Source of the DNA: a virus
Lineage: Duplodnaviria; Heunggongvirae; Uroviricota; Caudoviricetes
DNA length: 64,000 nt
Strand: one strand, 5' to 3'
IMG/VR virus record: IMGVR_UViG_3300020577_013140
Coordinates: 84,381 to 148,380 of that record
This document shows positions 1-8,957 of this stretch, in pieces; the stretch's first letter is position 1, and each line of letters starts with the position of its first letter. The notes beneath the pieces were generated by a model that saw only the letters and a program-made list of their open reading frames with translations, was not told the origin of the DNA and searched no databases. The translations under genes and the position numbers were made by a program.

Positions 1-212
1 ATGGGTGTGACCCCATACTTCAAACGTTTCGTAATAATTCCTGACATGCGCATGACCTCCAACTCGCTCTTGTTCCTGGCGTGAATGATTCCAAGCCACT
101 TGGATGGAACAGGAAGCGGAGACAGCTTTCGCCGCTCCGCCTCAAACGACTCAAGGTCGACGCGCATTAGTGGAGTGTCAGTGCTGTCATAAATGATGGC
201 ATAATACTCCAT
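1..212 (-). CDS. hypothetical protein, 3' end runs off the window (MEYYAIIYDSTD...)
   Basis: ATG at 212, frame open to the window edge, directly follows the stop of the upstream minus-strand gene at 215. Confidence 0.5.
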   Translation of the reverse strand, partial: MEYYAIIYDSTDTPLMRVDLESFEAERRKLSPLPVPSKWLGIIHARNKSELEVMRMSGIITKRLKYGVTP

Positions 213-214
213 AT

Positions 215-571
215 CTACCCCACTATTGCGCTTGTGCTGCTGGTATCCGGTCCCAACAGCCGGCGTACCACATCCGGGACGTTGCCTTCCCAGGGCACAA
301 CGATGATACGCTCCGGATAACTCAACGTTGATAACTTAGGGCGTGCCTCTGGACCGTTGGCACCGTACCATTCAATGCCGCGGAAGGTGATACGTGGAGT
401 GACTTGTACTCGCATCAGCTCGGCGCTGATACCTGAGTGATACCCGTCGTGGCCAGGCACAACGCGTTCGACACGGCCCCATGCAAGGATCGGCGAATAG
501 CCACTGGAAGCTGCGTATAAAATGAGGCTGCCGGGCCTGATCTCATTACCGGCGATATCAGTTACTTTCAT
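215..571 (-). CDS. hypothetical phage protein (MKVTDIAGNEIRPGSLILY)
   Basis: ATG at 571 overlaps the TGA of the 568..801 gene (ATGA); N-terminus resembles that of 1378..1671. Confidence 0.7.
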   Translation of the reverse strand: MKVTDIAGNEIRPGSLILYAASSGYSPILAWGRVERVVPGHDGYHSGISAELMRVQVTPRITFRGIEWYGANGPEARPKLSTLSYPERIIVVPWEGNVPDVVRRLLGPDTSSTSAIVG

Positions 572-801
572 ATCTTGTGCTCCCTTGAATAAGCTGGTTG
601 GTGTGTCCAGACGGGGTTGACCATCGACGCTACAAATAACGACCTGTCCGACTGGTTCATGTGGTAAATCTCGGTGAACAGGCGCTTGATGGCTTGTGGG
701 TTTTTCTCGTCCGTGGCTAGGCACAAAGCCTGAGCCTTGCGGCTGAGCTGCGTACGATACGGTCCACGCAAGCTTTCTAGGAAATGCTGGTTAAGAGTCA
801 T
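568..801 (-). CDS. hypothetical protein
   Basis: tiles with both neighbours through ATGA overlaps. Confidence 0.7.
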   Translation of the reverse strand: MTLNQHFLESLRGPYRTQLSRKAQALCLATDEKNPQAIKRLFTEIYHMNQSDRSLFVASMVNPVWTHQPAYSREHKI

Positions 802-1388
802 CGTAAATTGGCTGAGGTATCGGGATCAGGGTCAACCACTGGTGTCGGCTCCGGGACGGTGATCAGCCGTGTCTCTTCATTGGATGTACCAATAGTCCCG
901 TGAGGTGTAGTCGGCTGGAGGACGAACCCTCTCAGTAGGATGGTGTTAGGACGAGCCGGGTCACCAGACCAATTGAGATCAAGCGACGTCATTTCAACCT
1001 TGTATACCTCGACGCCATCTTCAGTAAAAATACGGTAACGGTGTGAGCGTGGCGGCTGAGGGGCTGGCATGGTATTTTGCGGGGGTTCGTTCTGTAGGCC
1101 GGCAGCAAGGTATCCAATGGCATCCGTTGCCTCAACTCCATAGAGGTTGAGCATCAGACGCATCGCATCACGCCGGTCAACGCCTTCCTCCACAGGCGTT
1201 CGTCGTCTGTACGGCGAGTTATGTATTGGATGGATACCAGAAACATATGTACGAAGGGCTCCAGTGTTGCCTCGGAGGCAGTCAGGTGTCGGAATCACCC
1301 TACCGGAGGTTGGAGGAAAAGACCCTGAGGCAGGGAATCTTTCTGCTAAGTTTCTAAGAAACCCCTGTATTCCTTCGTCATTTGCCAT
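798..1388 (-). CDS. hypothetical protein
   Basis: 196-aa ORF tiling in the minus-strand run; no motif recognised. Confidence 0.7.
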   Translation of the reverse strand: MANDEGIQGFLRNLAERFPASGSFPPTSGRVIPTPDCLRGNTGALRTYVSGIHPIHNSPYRRRTPVEEGVDRRDAMRLMLNLYGVEATDAIGYLAAGLQNEPPQNTMPAPQPPRSHRYRIFTEDGVEVYKVEMTSLDLNWSGDPARPNTILLRGFVLQPTTPHGTIGTSNEETRLITVPEPTPVVDPDPDTSANLR

Positions 1389-1671
1389 CCTGTGCCTCCC
1401 TGACCGGTGTCAGGAGCCCGACGAGCGTTGCTGGAACTTGCTCCGGCTGCAGCTTTACAACCCGGTGTGACGACTTGATTGTCTGTGGTCTGGTATCGAA
1501 GTCCTGGCTGGGGTCGTTGTCGTACTGGTACACTTCCAACACAAGCATGTATTCCTGCTCGCTCGAGTCGACAAACACTCCCTGTACCTGCCCGAAATTA
1601 AGATATGGTCCGTTATGGGCGATCAACACAAAGTCGCCTGCGCGTAATACTGTACCGGTCTTGTCCTTCAT
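1378..1671 (-). CDS. hypothetical phage protein (MKDKTGTVLRAGDFVLIA)
   Basis: tiles with neighbours; D-x-x-G-x-x-L-x-x-G-D N-terminus is common in small phage beta-barrel proteins. Confidence 0.7.
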   Translation of the reverse strand: MKDKTGTVLRAGDFVLIAHNGPYLNFGQVQGVFVDSSEQEYMLVLEVYQYDNDPSQDFDTRPQTIKSSHRVVKLQPEQVPATLVGLLTPVREAQDGK

Positions 1672-2018
1672 AGATTTTGGATTTCTGGCCTGGTAATCAC
1701 CAGGAGCTCATACTCCAACAAACTGACAGCGAATTCCGACGTTTGATCTTCAAACGACGCGATCTTACGATCGTCATACCGATGTTTCAAGGCAGAAGAT
1801 GGTATGCGAAATTGTAGGGTAATAAAAGGAACACTGTGAAAACAGGCCTTCCCCTTTCCCTCGTAAGAGAGCAGGGGAAGGCCTCGTAGTGACAAAGACC
1901 ACCGACGCTCCGGCCATGTGAGCAGGTGCTCACTCACGCGGCGTACCGCGTAATCCGGGTTGTGGATGATATTGCTATTCTGTGGGCGGATGCGTAGCTT
2001 GACGTGCATCTTTGACAA
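1668..2018 (-). CDS. hypothetical protein
   Basis: tiling ORF; stop overlaps the next start. Confidence 0.6.
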   Translation of the reverse strand: MSKMHVKLRIRPQNSNIIHNPDYAVRRVSEHLLTWPERRWSLSLRGLPLLSYEGKGKACFHSVPFITLQFRIPSSALKHRYDDRKIASFEDQTSEFAVSLLEYELLVITRPEIQNL

Positions 2019-2205
2019 GTGTCAGCTGCTCGCGGTGAAAATGGCAGACGATGTGCGACTGTCCTTCTCCGTTGTTGCGCAGTTTGTATTTGCCGTCAGC
2101 CCGCTCTTCCACCTTGTAGGTGCCGGCCGACCAAAGCCACGGCTGAAACCGTGCCCCAGTGACCTGCACTTCGTCGCCGACGTCCAACTCAGCTTTATAA
2201 TGCAT
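1975..2205 (-). CDS. small hypothetical protein, possibly SH3-like (MHYKAELDVGDEVQV)
   Basis: start trimmed to ATG at 2205; L-x-V-G-D-x-V strand pattern. Confidence 0.55.
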   Translation of the reverse strand: MHYKAELDVGDEVQVTGARFQPWLWSAGTYKVEERADGKYKLRNNGEGQSHIVCHFHREQLTLVKDARQATHPPTE

Positions 2206-2755
2206 CGTCGCTCCTTGGCCTGAGCCAGTCAGGTTTGTGCCCCCATTTGGCCCGGTGTTTCTGCATCTCCTGCATGCCTCCGTACAACGAGGAGATGACG
2301 CATGTGATTCCACCCTCAGGCGCCTTCAACCAGTCCGCCCATAGCGGATAGGCCCGCATCAGGTCCTGTAGTTTTCCTCGCAATTTCGTCAGGTCGTCAC
2401 GGATGCCCTGCACCAGCTCGTCCGGCGGGCCTTCGAGCTCGCCGTAGGTTGCATATATTGGGTTTGGCCGGGGAGGCAATACGCGAGCCTTGATGAGGAA
2501 GTCCCACATCGGAACCAGCTCACCCCTCTTCGGGTCACCAATCCCAATACTGGCAGGACCAGGAGTCTGTTGTACCAGCACGAGGTGGTTCTGCCAGTTC
2601 TTGTAGTCTTCTGTCCAACTCAACCAGCAAGGCTTGCAAAGCCGGTTTTGTCGGTGAACCCTAACGCGGTCACCTGTAATGGGTGTGTAAGTGGTGAGGT
2701 AATAGACGTTGTTACTCGTCCCTTCTTCCTCTCCGTCTTCCAATGGTGCACTCAT
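2195..2755 (-). CDS. hypothetical protein
   Basis: 186-aa tiling ORF. Confidence 0.7.
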   Translation of the reverse strand: MSAPLEDGEEEGTSNNVYYLTTYTPITGDRVRVHRQNRLCKPCWLSWTEDYKNWQNHLVLVQQTPGPASIGIGDPKRGELVPMWDFLIKARVLPPRPNPIYATYGELEGPPDELVQGIRDDLTKLRGKLQDLMRAYPLWADWLKAPEGGITCVISSLYGGMQEMQKHRAKWGHKPDWLRPRSDDAL

Positions 2756-2952
2756 GTTTTGGATCTTCGTTTTTCAAATGCCCGCCGACGTTGCCCCTCC
2801 ATGTAACCATTTTGATAGCAACGCTTTAGGTGGCCGGCATATTCCCCGGAATGATTACCGGAATTGTTGTAGGAATCACTTTCGCCTCGGTGATATACGT
2901 CGACGCCAGCACTGTTACTCATACCCTTGCCCGATTCTCGCTTCTTTTTCAT
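2752..2952 (-). CDS. small basic hypothetical protein
   Basis: ATGA overlap with the downstream gene and a 4-nt start/stop overlap with the upstream gene. Confidence 0.6.
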   Translation of the reverse strand: MKKKRESGKGMSNSAGVDVYHRGESDSYNNSGNHSGEYAGHLKRCYQNGYMEGQRRRAFEKRRSKT

Positions 2953-3404
2953 AGCTCGGGAGGCAATTTGAGGCAGTGCTCGTCAATGAGGTCTCGGACC
3001 GTATAAGACTTTCGTATCAGCCCTCCTTTCATATCCTCGGTGATGTGCAGCCCGCGCCCGAGACCGATTACTCGTTCTCGTGATGCGATGCTGTCCAGTC
3101 TGATTTTATTAGGAGCCAACACCTGGTAACCACAACCCCAACCGTCCTCGCTCAATCCGCAGTGCGTGCACACGCGTATCGGCTTGGAACTGCTGAAATC
3201 TGGTCCCTCCCGGTAAGAACACTCGACGATGAATTTAATAGGATGTCGACAGGTCTTCTGGACCCTGGCAACGACGTGCCGATAATCGTCCATGGCCTCG
3301 AGACACCGCTGCTCGGCGCTCCAAAGCTCTAGAGATCGAGGTACGTGCTGTCCTTGCGGGCCAGCCGCCGTGTGCTCTTTTTTAACCTGGGGAGTGGTAG
3401 CCAT
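2949..3404 (-). CDS. hypothetical protein with Cys/His motifs (CRH...CTHC)
   Basis: tiling ORF; start uncertain (trimmed to ATG at 3404). Confidence 0.6.
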   Translation of the reverse strand: MATTPQVKKEHTAAGPQGQHVPRSLELWSAEQRCLEAMDDYRHVVARVQKTCRHPIKFIVECSYREGPDFSSSKPIRVCTHCGLSEDGWGCGYQVLAPNKIRLDSIASRERVIGLGRGLHITEDMKGGLIRKSYTVRDLIDEHCLKLPPEL

Positions 3405-3613
3405 ACATTTGCGTGTTGAAACTTCCGTTGGAAGTATTTCATGCTGACAACTTTGGTTCGCGCCCTTGGAGAGCACAAGTCAACGACGACAACCTGGTAA
3501 GGCACGCCGTCGATCTTTAATATATTGGTGATCTTCCAGGACTCCCTGCCATTATCCCATTTTTGCCTGGGCGCAGGGATAATGGCCTCATGCCTTTTGA
3601 TCTGGTAGTTCAT
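3329..3613 (-). CDS. hypothetical protein
   Basis: tiling ORF. Confidence 0.55.
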   Translation of the reverse strand: MNYQIKRHEAIIPAPRQKWDNGRESWKITNILKIDGVPYQVVVVDLCSPRARTKVVSMKYFQRKFQHANVWLPLPRLKKSTRRLARKDSTYLDL

Positions 3614-3935
3614 GTGTGGGTGCTTGGGTCCAGCGAAAGTCGGTGATTGCCGGATCGTCGAGGTTTACACGCAGACCGTAACCGTAGGTTGCACCAAGGT
3701 CAGTCGTCAAGCCGACATCCCCGAAACGCGAGATCATCACGATGCGGAGAGTCGACCCGGCTGGTATTGGTTGGTAGGTCACGTTATCCATGTACGGGTG
3801 GTTACCGTTCCACTTCGTCATGCGAAGAGGTACGGTCGTGGTTACGAAACCCAATTGCGGAGCGAAGCGCTCCTTGCGCGCAATGAGCTCGTTGATTACT
3901 GCTTCCTCACGCTGGCTGCGCTTCATGGAATTCAT
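3588..3935 (-). CDS. hypothetical phage protein
   Basis: 115-aa tiling ORF, ATGA overlap. Confidence 0.7.
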   Translation of the reverse strand: MNSMKRSQREEAVINELIARKERFAPQLGFVTTTVPLRMTKWNGNHPYMDNVTYQPIPAGSTLRIVMISRFGDVGLTTDLGATYGYGLRVNLDDPAITDFRWTQAPTHELPDQKA

Positions 3936-4231
3936 GGTGTGAGGCTTTGCCTGTATTGGGCCGAGGCAGTAGCCTGGGCCAGGACTTGTTCAGGAGTCGG
4001 TGGTGGCAGGTCTTCCAACTTCTTCATGCGGTCAATCAGCCAATCGGGTGCCCAGATCACGGGAGGGCACAACCGCTTGAAGGCCTCCACCGCACCTGCC
4101 TCGGTACCGTCATCCCCCAAGTCAGTTGATCGGTTCTTGGGGGCGATAGGGACGGGGCATACGGGGTATTTCCCGCTTGTATCGTGGTTTGCCATTGGTT
4201 CACCACAAACCGGACAATCAATGGGGGTCAT
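3932..4231 (-). CDS. hypothetical protein with N-terminal CPVC zinc-ribbon-like motif
   Basis: CPVC...H...CP motif; tiling. Confidence 0.65.
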   Translation of the reverse strand: MTPIDCPVCGEPMANHDTSGKYPVCPVPIAPKNRSTDLGDDGTEAGAVEAFKRLCPPVIWAPDWLIDRMKKLEDLPPPTPEQVLAQATASAQYRQSLTP

Positions 4232-5181
4232 TTGATGGGGGTGTAGAGCATGGTCCGTTCCGTGTCGGGGACGAGGTCGACTGTATGCACTTCCAGCGTC
4301 AGAAACGCAGACGCATCCGGGATGTGTACCATGCCAGCACGACGCAACGCTTCATCCGCGGCAGCCTGCGCATTGGAAGCAACTACACGATAAGGCCGCG
4401 ATATGGTCGCAATGGTGTTGGCATCGTAATGAAGGACGCGCACGGTCCAATCACGCACCTCGTAAGGCTGCAATGGGTTTTCCCGCTTTTCCTCCGCCAC
4501 TGAGGCCACCCATAGAACACTCCGGGTGTAGGCACTGCCGGCAGCCATCGAACAGTTAATCCCCAACGACATGGCTTTCCCGCTGCTATCGGCGACCACA
4601 TGATAAAGACGATCGCGGAAGTCGAGAGTACCGCCACTCCGATGCTCCCGAATCATTACATGCCAATAACGGAGGTCCTTGGCCGTGCGGCTGGAATCCA
4701 CCTTTTTCAGTGAGAGGATGTTCAGCGTATCGGAGCGATCGTTCACCAGCCGTTCATGCGCCCGCTGGGTCGCCTCTTTCTCGTCGTTGGCGATGACGCT
4801 CACCACTAATCGTTTCTTTGAGAGCTCGTGGCCGCGTGTGAGCTCCACCTCGACCCGCCAGGCGGACGGTTCCTGGCCTTCCTTGCCAGGCAGCGGAGCA
4901 GGTACAAGGGAAGGAAGGGAGCCACAGTCGTTCGCCATCGCCTCCTCGGTGCGGTAGAAACGCCACGAGAGCATGTCCGTGTAAGGCACGAGCCTGATAT
5001 GGGTCACGACCGCCGTGCCACGAGCGTAGATCTCAACCAGATAATGGCCGGCTTGTGGATGCCCGATGATCTTGCCGGTCCCGGCGACGTGTTTACCGTC
5101 CTCCGTAAAGGTGGCGCAGTACAACCCAACCATGGGCAAGCTAGGCGGACGAGACTTGGGAGGAAATGAAGTAGGGTTCAT
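4228..5181 (-). CDS. hypothetical multi-domain protein
   Basis: 317 aa; N-terminal domain similar to 5846..6115; repeated W-x-V-x-V...V-x-A pattern in the C-terminal part. Confidence 0.75.
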   Translation of the reverse strand: MNPTSFPPKSRPPSLPMVGLYCATFTEDGKHVAGTGKIIGHPQAGHYLVEIYARGTAVVTHIRLVPYTDMLSWRFYRTEEAMANDCGSLPSLVPAPLPGKEGQEPSAWRVEVELTRGHELSKKRLVVSVIANDEKEATQRAHERLVNDRSDTLNILSLKKVDSSRTAKDLRYWHVMIREHRSGGTLDFRDRLYHVVADSSGKAMSLGINCSMAAGSAYTRSVLWVASVAEEKRENPLQPYEVRDWTVRVLHYDANTIATISRPYRVVASNAQAAADEALRRAGMVHIPDASAFLTLEVHTVDLVPDTERTMLYTPIK

Positions 5182-5378
5182 TGATGTATTTTCGGGATGT
5201 GTTGTTGAAAAGTTACTGACCGATCAGGCCAGGTTATCCGGTACTTTGGCACCAGATGTTTCTTGCGGACGTCTTTGAATCTGACTACAGCAACTACAAC
5301 CCCCTGGGAATCAACAACTTGTTGTTCCCAGGGGGCGGTATGCCAGTCAGGGTTAATATCAATTCGGGATGGCAGCAT
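5178..5378 (-). CDS. hypothetical protein
   Basis: ATGA overlap with the downstream gene. Confidence 0.55.
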   Translation of the reverse strand: MLPSRIDINPDWHTAPWEQQVVDSQGVVVAVVRFKDVRKKHLVPKYRITWPDRSVTFQQHIPKIHQ

Positions 5379-5396
5379 TTTTTAGGTGGCAGCACC

Positions 5397-5849
5397 TCAG
5401 ACCATTCTAATGCCACACAACTTCTCTGGCAAGTACGGCGCCCAATAGACCGGACCAACCATCCGGTGGAACCGTAAATTACCTGGTCCCCATGGGGACA
5501 CCGTGCTACCCGTGAATTTCCAAGGCCGCCGAATGTAGAAGCCGAGGCATCCAATCCATATGAACGGGTAACGACGAGTTTTGTCTTTACCGTGGTCGGT
5601 TGTAAGCCCGGTAAACAGGTCAGCCCTGTGTGCCGGGTTGTTTGCACACTCAAACCTATCATGGTACCGATGCATCATGCCGCCGCACAGCCTGCACTCC
5701 TGTGCGTTCTTTACGAGCGGTTGGCTGGTATCGAACCGGCGGTCCGGCACCTGGGAGGCATCAGTCGTGATGGGACAAAACGGTGCTGGCACGCCAAACT
5801 CATGGTGCTCCCACCGCTGGTTGCATTTGGGGCAGAAGTCTTCACTCAT
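5397..5849 (-). CDS. hypothetical Cys-rich protein
   Basis: CPKC and CRLC motifs; ATGA overlap with the upstream gene. Confidence 0.6.
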   Translation of the reverse strand: MSEDFCPKCNQRWEHHEFGVPAPFCPITTDASQVPDRRFDTSQPLVKNAQECRLCGGMMHRYHDRFECANNPAHRADLFTGLTTDHGKDKTRRYPFIWIGCLGFYIRRPWKFTGSTVSPWGPGNLRFHRMVGPVYWAPYLPEKLCGIRMV

Positions 5850-6115
5850 GATAGTCGGATGTGTCTGTTTAGCTCGTCGTCGTCCGCAAAGAAGAGCCAG
5901 TCAGCCATGTCGACGACCCGTACCAGCGAGATGTTCCCTTCGTAAAACCGTATTGAGTCATTCCGAAAATACCGGATGGCGTACCATCCCGGCTCTGGCG
6001 ACCCAATGATCTTTCCGTAGCGCACCCACGGCAACTGTCTCTCGCCGGAGGGGCTGACTATCTGGCGAAAGCACCAGCCTTCAAATAAATTCTTCATAGC
6101 CATTTGATTCTCCAT
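5846..6115 (-). CDS. hypothetical protein, paralog of the N-terminal domain of 4228..5181
   Basis: shared GKIIGxP...L V...DM.xW.F pattern. Confidence 0.7.
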   Translation of the reverse strand: MENQMAMKNLFEGWCFRQIVSPSGERQLPWVRYGKIIGSPEPGWYAIRYFRNDSIRFYEGNISLVRVVDMADWLFFADDDELNRHIRLS

Positions 6116-6306
6116 CCGCTTTCCTGTGCTTCCTCGACCGGTGTGGCCTCGAGGATTCTCTCCTGGATCGCAAAGTCCAGGTTTTCAGCCAGATAAGGGC
6201 TACGCCGCACCTCTCCCGACCATATATAAGATACTCCGTTCTTGCGCGCACGCTCCAGCGTAGCCCTGTGTTCAGCTTCCGTTCCGAGCACCAGTTTCAC
6301 ACTCAT
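6094..6306 (-). CDS. hypothetical protein (MSVKLVLG)
   Basis: start trimmed to ATG at 6306, which forms an ATGA overlap. Confidence 0.6.
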   Translation of the reverse strand: MSVKLVLGTEAEHRATLERARKNGVSYIWSGEVRRSPYLAENLDFAIQERILEATPVEEAQESGWRIKWL

Positions 6307-6614
6307 ATATCCAGCTCCTTCAGGATTACACTCGGAGGCCGCTCGCCATTGAGCTTGACCGGCACATAAAGCCCCCAAGCGTTCAATGGATAGCAGCAGA
6401 GTGGGGAATTCTGCAGGATGACGGCAAGGGCGTAACCCTCTGTGGTCTCACCATTACGGAAGCGTTTGAGGTCCTCGGTGCGAACCGCAACCCAGACGCT
6501 TTCGATCGTATCGTCGGTATCGTATTGGACATAGACCTTCCGAAGGTTGTTCTCTTCAATCGGGAACTCCTCGAAATCGAGGGTCGTCTTGTCAGCGAAC
6601 TTGAATGTAGGCAT
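6303..6614 (-). CDS. hypothetical phage protein (MPTFKFADK)
   Basis: start trimmed to ATG at 6614; G-x-G-x-L-x-N-x-P-like segment (GYALAVILQNSP). Confidence 0.65.
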   Translation of the reverse strand: MPTFKFADKTTLDFEEFPIEENNLRKVYVQYDTDDTIESVWVAVRTEDLKRFRNGETTEGYALAVILQNSPLCCYPLNAWGLYVPVKLNGERPPSVILKELDI

Positions 6615-6633
6615 ACAGTTGGTGTTGACCGGG

Positions 6634-6876
6634 TTACCGGGTGAATGTGAGGGTGCCTTCGAACGGCGCCCAGCACTTGGCTGTCGCCGGCTGCCAGCCC
6701 CTTTCAGACTTGCGGAAGCCTTCATTGGTGAGAACCAGGCCTGTGGCTGGAGCGGTAAACAGCACCACCAGCGCATCTTTATCTGGTGGCGATCCGTTCG
6801 ACTCTACCCAGCGCATCAGAATCGGATATTTGATGACTTCCGGGGCTGGAATTTTGTGTTGTACGTTGACTTTCAT
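6634..6876 (-). CDS. small hypothetical protein, tandem paralog 1
   Basis: YP.LM.W...LVVLF...G..L...W.PAT...W.PF.GTL.FT shared with 6880..7116. Confidence 0.8.
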   Translation of the reverse strand: MKVNVQHKIPAPEVIKYPILMRWVESNGSPPDKDALVVLFTAPATGLVLTNEGFRKSERGWQPATAKCWAPFEGTLTFTR

Positions 6877-6879
6877 GGA

Positions 6880-7116
6880 TCAAGTGGTGAATACGAGAGT
6901 GCCTTGGAATGGGCGCCATTTATTGGAAGTAGCTGGCGCCCAATGGCATTGAACTTTTTCGAAGCCCTGCGGCAGCACTTTCGATCCGCTGTTTTCCGTG
7001 ATGAACAGCACGACCAACGGCTCGTGCTCTGGGTTGGGGTCGCGCCACTGCATCAGCACGGGATACGAGAAACTTGGCTCGTCAGGATTGAGCTTGGGAA
7101 GGATTTTAATTGGCAT
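6880..7116 (-). CDS. small hypothetical protein, tandem paralog 2
   Basis: clear paralog of 6634..6876. Confidence 0.8.
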   Translation of the reverse strand: MPIKILPKLNPDEPSFSYPVLMQWRDPNPEHEPLVVLFITENSGSKVLPQGFEKVQCHWAPATSNKWRPFQGTLVFTT

Positions 7117-7119
7117 GTG

Positions 7120-7452
7120 TCAAAGGGCTGTGTTGTCTTCGGTTGGTAGCGCAGGCAACTCAACTCGTTGCCAGACGCCGTGATAACCTATCGTTCGCTT
7201 CTTAAGGTTGAACGGCTTGAGGGATATAAACTGTCCATTGCAGACGGCCATCAGGACACCACCACCGATCTTCTGCACTTGAACGAAGTTGAGTTTCGCT
7301 TCTGGAGGATAAACTCCTGTGTAATTACCGCCCATGGAGCCATAGTCTGCCTCTCCATAAAGCCAGTACAAGCCTGGCTCAGTGGGGGCTGACTTGCTCC
7401 ATCGACCAGATGGCGCTTTTTTTAGCTGCGTGATGGGTGTATCCGGGATCAT
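7120..7452 (-). CDS. hypothetical phage protein (W....PTEPGLYW motif)
   Basis: PTEPGxYW motif typical of small phage proteins; tiling. Confidence 0.7.
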   Translation of the reverse strand: MIPDTPITQLKKAPSGRWSKSAPTEPGLYWLYGEADYGSMGGNYTGVYPPEAKLNFVQVQKIGGGVLMAVCNGQFISLKPFNLKKRTIGYHGVWQRVELPALPTEDNTAL

Positions 7453-7829
7453 AACTGAACCCCTCCAGTGGTGGGAAGTAGGGCAATCTCGCCAGCCGGA
7501 TTTATTGCAGGCGGTGCGGGGGCAGGTGCCGCCGCATCGACAAGTATCTGCAGGCGAAGGGAAACGTCCGGGTCTGAAGATACCACAAGCTGTCGGACCG
7601 TGTTAGTCCAGAAGGATATGATCGCCCCGTGGTTCGAAATAATCTTGAACGGATGGTTGGTTCCGTCACGTGACGCACTACCTGCAGTTTCCAGCCTGCC
7701 TGACCAATGCACACGTACGCTGCCTGCGTTGCCCAAGCGTACCGTGATCATTGCGTCTTGCCCAACATGGGCCGTAAGGGCGGCTAGGGCTTCTTCCCGC
7801 TCGTTGCCGAGTATTATTCTTGAGGGCAC
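7449..7829 (-). CDS. hypothetical protein
   Basis: tiling ORF. Confidence 0.65.
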   Translation of the reverse strand: MPSRIILGNEREEALAALTAHVGQDAMITVRLGNAGSVRVHWSGRLETAGSASRDGTNHPFKIISNHGAIISFWTNTVRQLVVSSDPDVSLRLQILVDAAAPAPAPPAINPAGEIALLPTTGGVQL

Positions 7830-7998
7830 GACTCTCCTTTCTTCGCCAAGAGGCCATGCAGGTAGCTCTTTATGGTGCGAATTGCTTCTTCACGAGTCAT
7901 AACTGGTTAATTCTCAGGTATGGTTATTTTTCGAAGGTCGGCTTCGACCGTGGAGGCACCTAGCCACGCAACTATCTGATCCATATCAGGTGTGGGGC

Positions 7999-8277
7999 TC
8001 ATCCTATGATGGAAGTAACCGTAGGTGCCTCGATCTTGCCTGCCCTACCGGCGTTGCGAGCCTTGGCGAAGCATCCTACGATGGTTTTGGAATAAAAGAA
8101 GCTCTTGGGCATGCCTATGGGGCCGACTGACAGGCACCAACCCTGCCCTCCTCCCATTTCCTCCGGCAGCAGGGTCCGACTCAGGGCGGTACCCGGCACA
8201 CGACCGGACCTTGGACCTATCCCAAAAGCTTGTTCGATCAATTCGAATTTGCGTTCAATTGGTAAACTCTGGCTCAT
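7999..8277 (-). CDS. hypothetical protein
   Basis: 92-aa ORF directly downstream of the repeat array. Confidence 0.65.
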   Translation of the reverse strand: MSQSLPIERKFELIEQAFGIGPRSGRVPGTALSRTLLPEEMGGGQGWCLSVGPIGMPKSFFYSKTIVGCFAKARNAGRAGKIEAPTVTSIIG

Positions 8278-8288
8278 CTAGTATCTTT

Positions 8289-8498
8289 GTAAGTCGTTGA
8301 TAGCATTGAGGTCTACGTGGATAATGCCTAAAAGAAATACGTATCCCGACAATAATGACGGGATTGTGTCGGGATTTACGTAAGTCGTTGATAGCATTGA
8401 GGTCTACGTGGATAATGCTTATCCTGAATATCCGAATATAAATATTCCGGCCTATCAACGAAATTTACGTAAGTCGTTGATAGCATTGAGGTCTACGT
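8289..8498. repeat. three direct copies of a 30-bp core (GTAAGTCGTTGATAGCATTGAGGTCTACGT), period ~90 bp
   Basis: identical cores at 8289-8318, 8380-8409 and 8469-8498; copies 1 and 2 extend by GGATAATGC, copies 2 and 3 share upstream ATTTAC. Confidence 0.95.
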
Positions 8499-8957
8499 CG
8501 CTGGAATAAATCGGTAACACTCTTCTTTCCAAATACGTCGAGTATAATCGAGTTTCTGGGACAGGTCATTCCCCTCCGCACAGTAGAACCTTTCCAACCA
8601 ACGAGGCTGAAGGTCAGGATGAATGGAGCGATCGGCGACGTCAAAGACTTCAATGCGCCCAGCGTAGGTCATCTTGGCTGCCTGCTCAGCCAGCTCATTG
8701 ATCATGCGGAGGTCGCAATCCCTGATTACATTATCTCCTCCCAACCAGACCAGGTCCCCCGGTCCACCTTCATCCTTAAATGCTTGAATACCAACCTCAT
8801 AGCTCCCATCCACGCCAACGTACCATCTCTCGTGCCCTCCGCCAATTTTTCCCTTGGAGATGGACAGGCGAAAGTGTGCCTTGACGGGTATCGAGGCATT
8901 ATTGATCCACGGAGCCCACGGCAAGGGCTTGAAAATGAGTTGTTCTTGGGTGATCAC
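8493..8957 (-). CDS. hypothetical protein
   Basis: 154-aa tiling ORF; its TAG stop lies inside repeat copy 3. Confidence 0.7.
   Translation of the reverse strand: MITQEQLIFKPLPWAPWINNASIPVKAHFRLSISKGKIGGGHERWYVGVDGSYEVGIQAFKDEGGPGDLVWLGGDNVIRDCDLRMINELAEQAAKMTYAGRIEVFDVADRSIHPDLQPRWLERFYCAEGNDLSQKLDYTRRIWKEECYRFIPAT

Noticed and set aside
8289-8498. CRISPR mini-array
   Set aside because: There are only three repeats, the spacers are ~60 nt, identity extends unevenly into the spacers, and no cas gene is in the window. Kept as an unexplained repeat.
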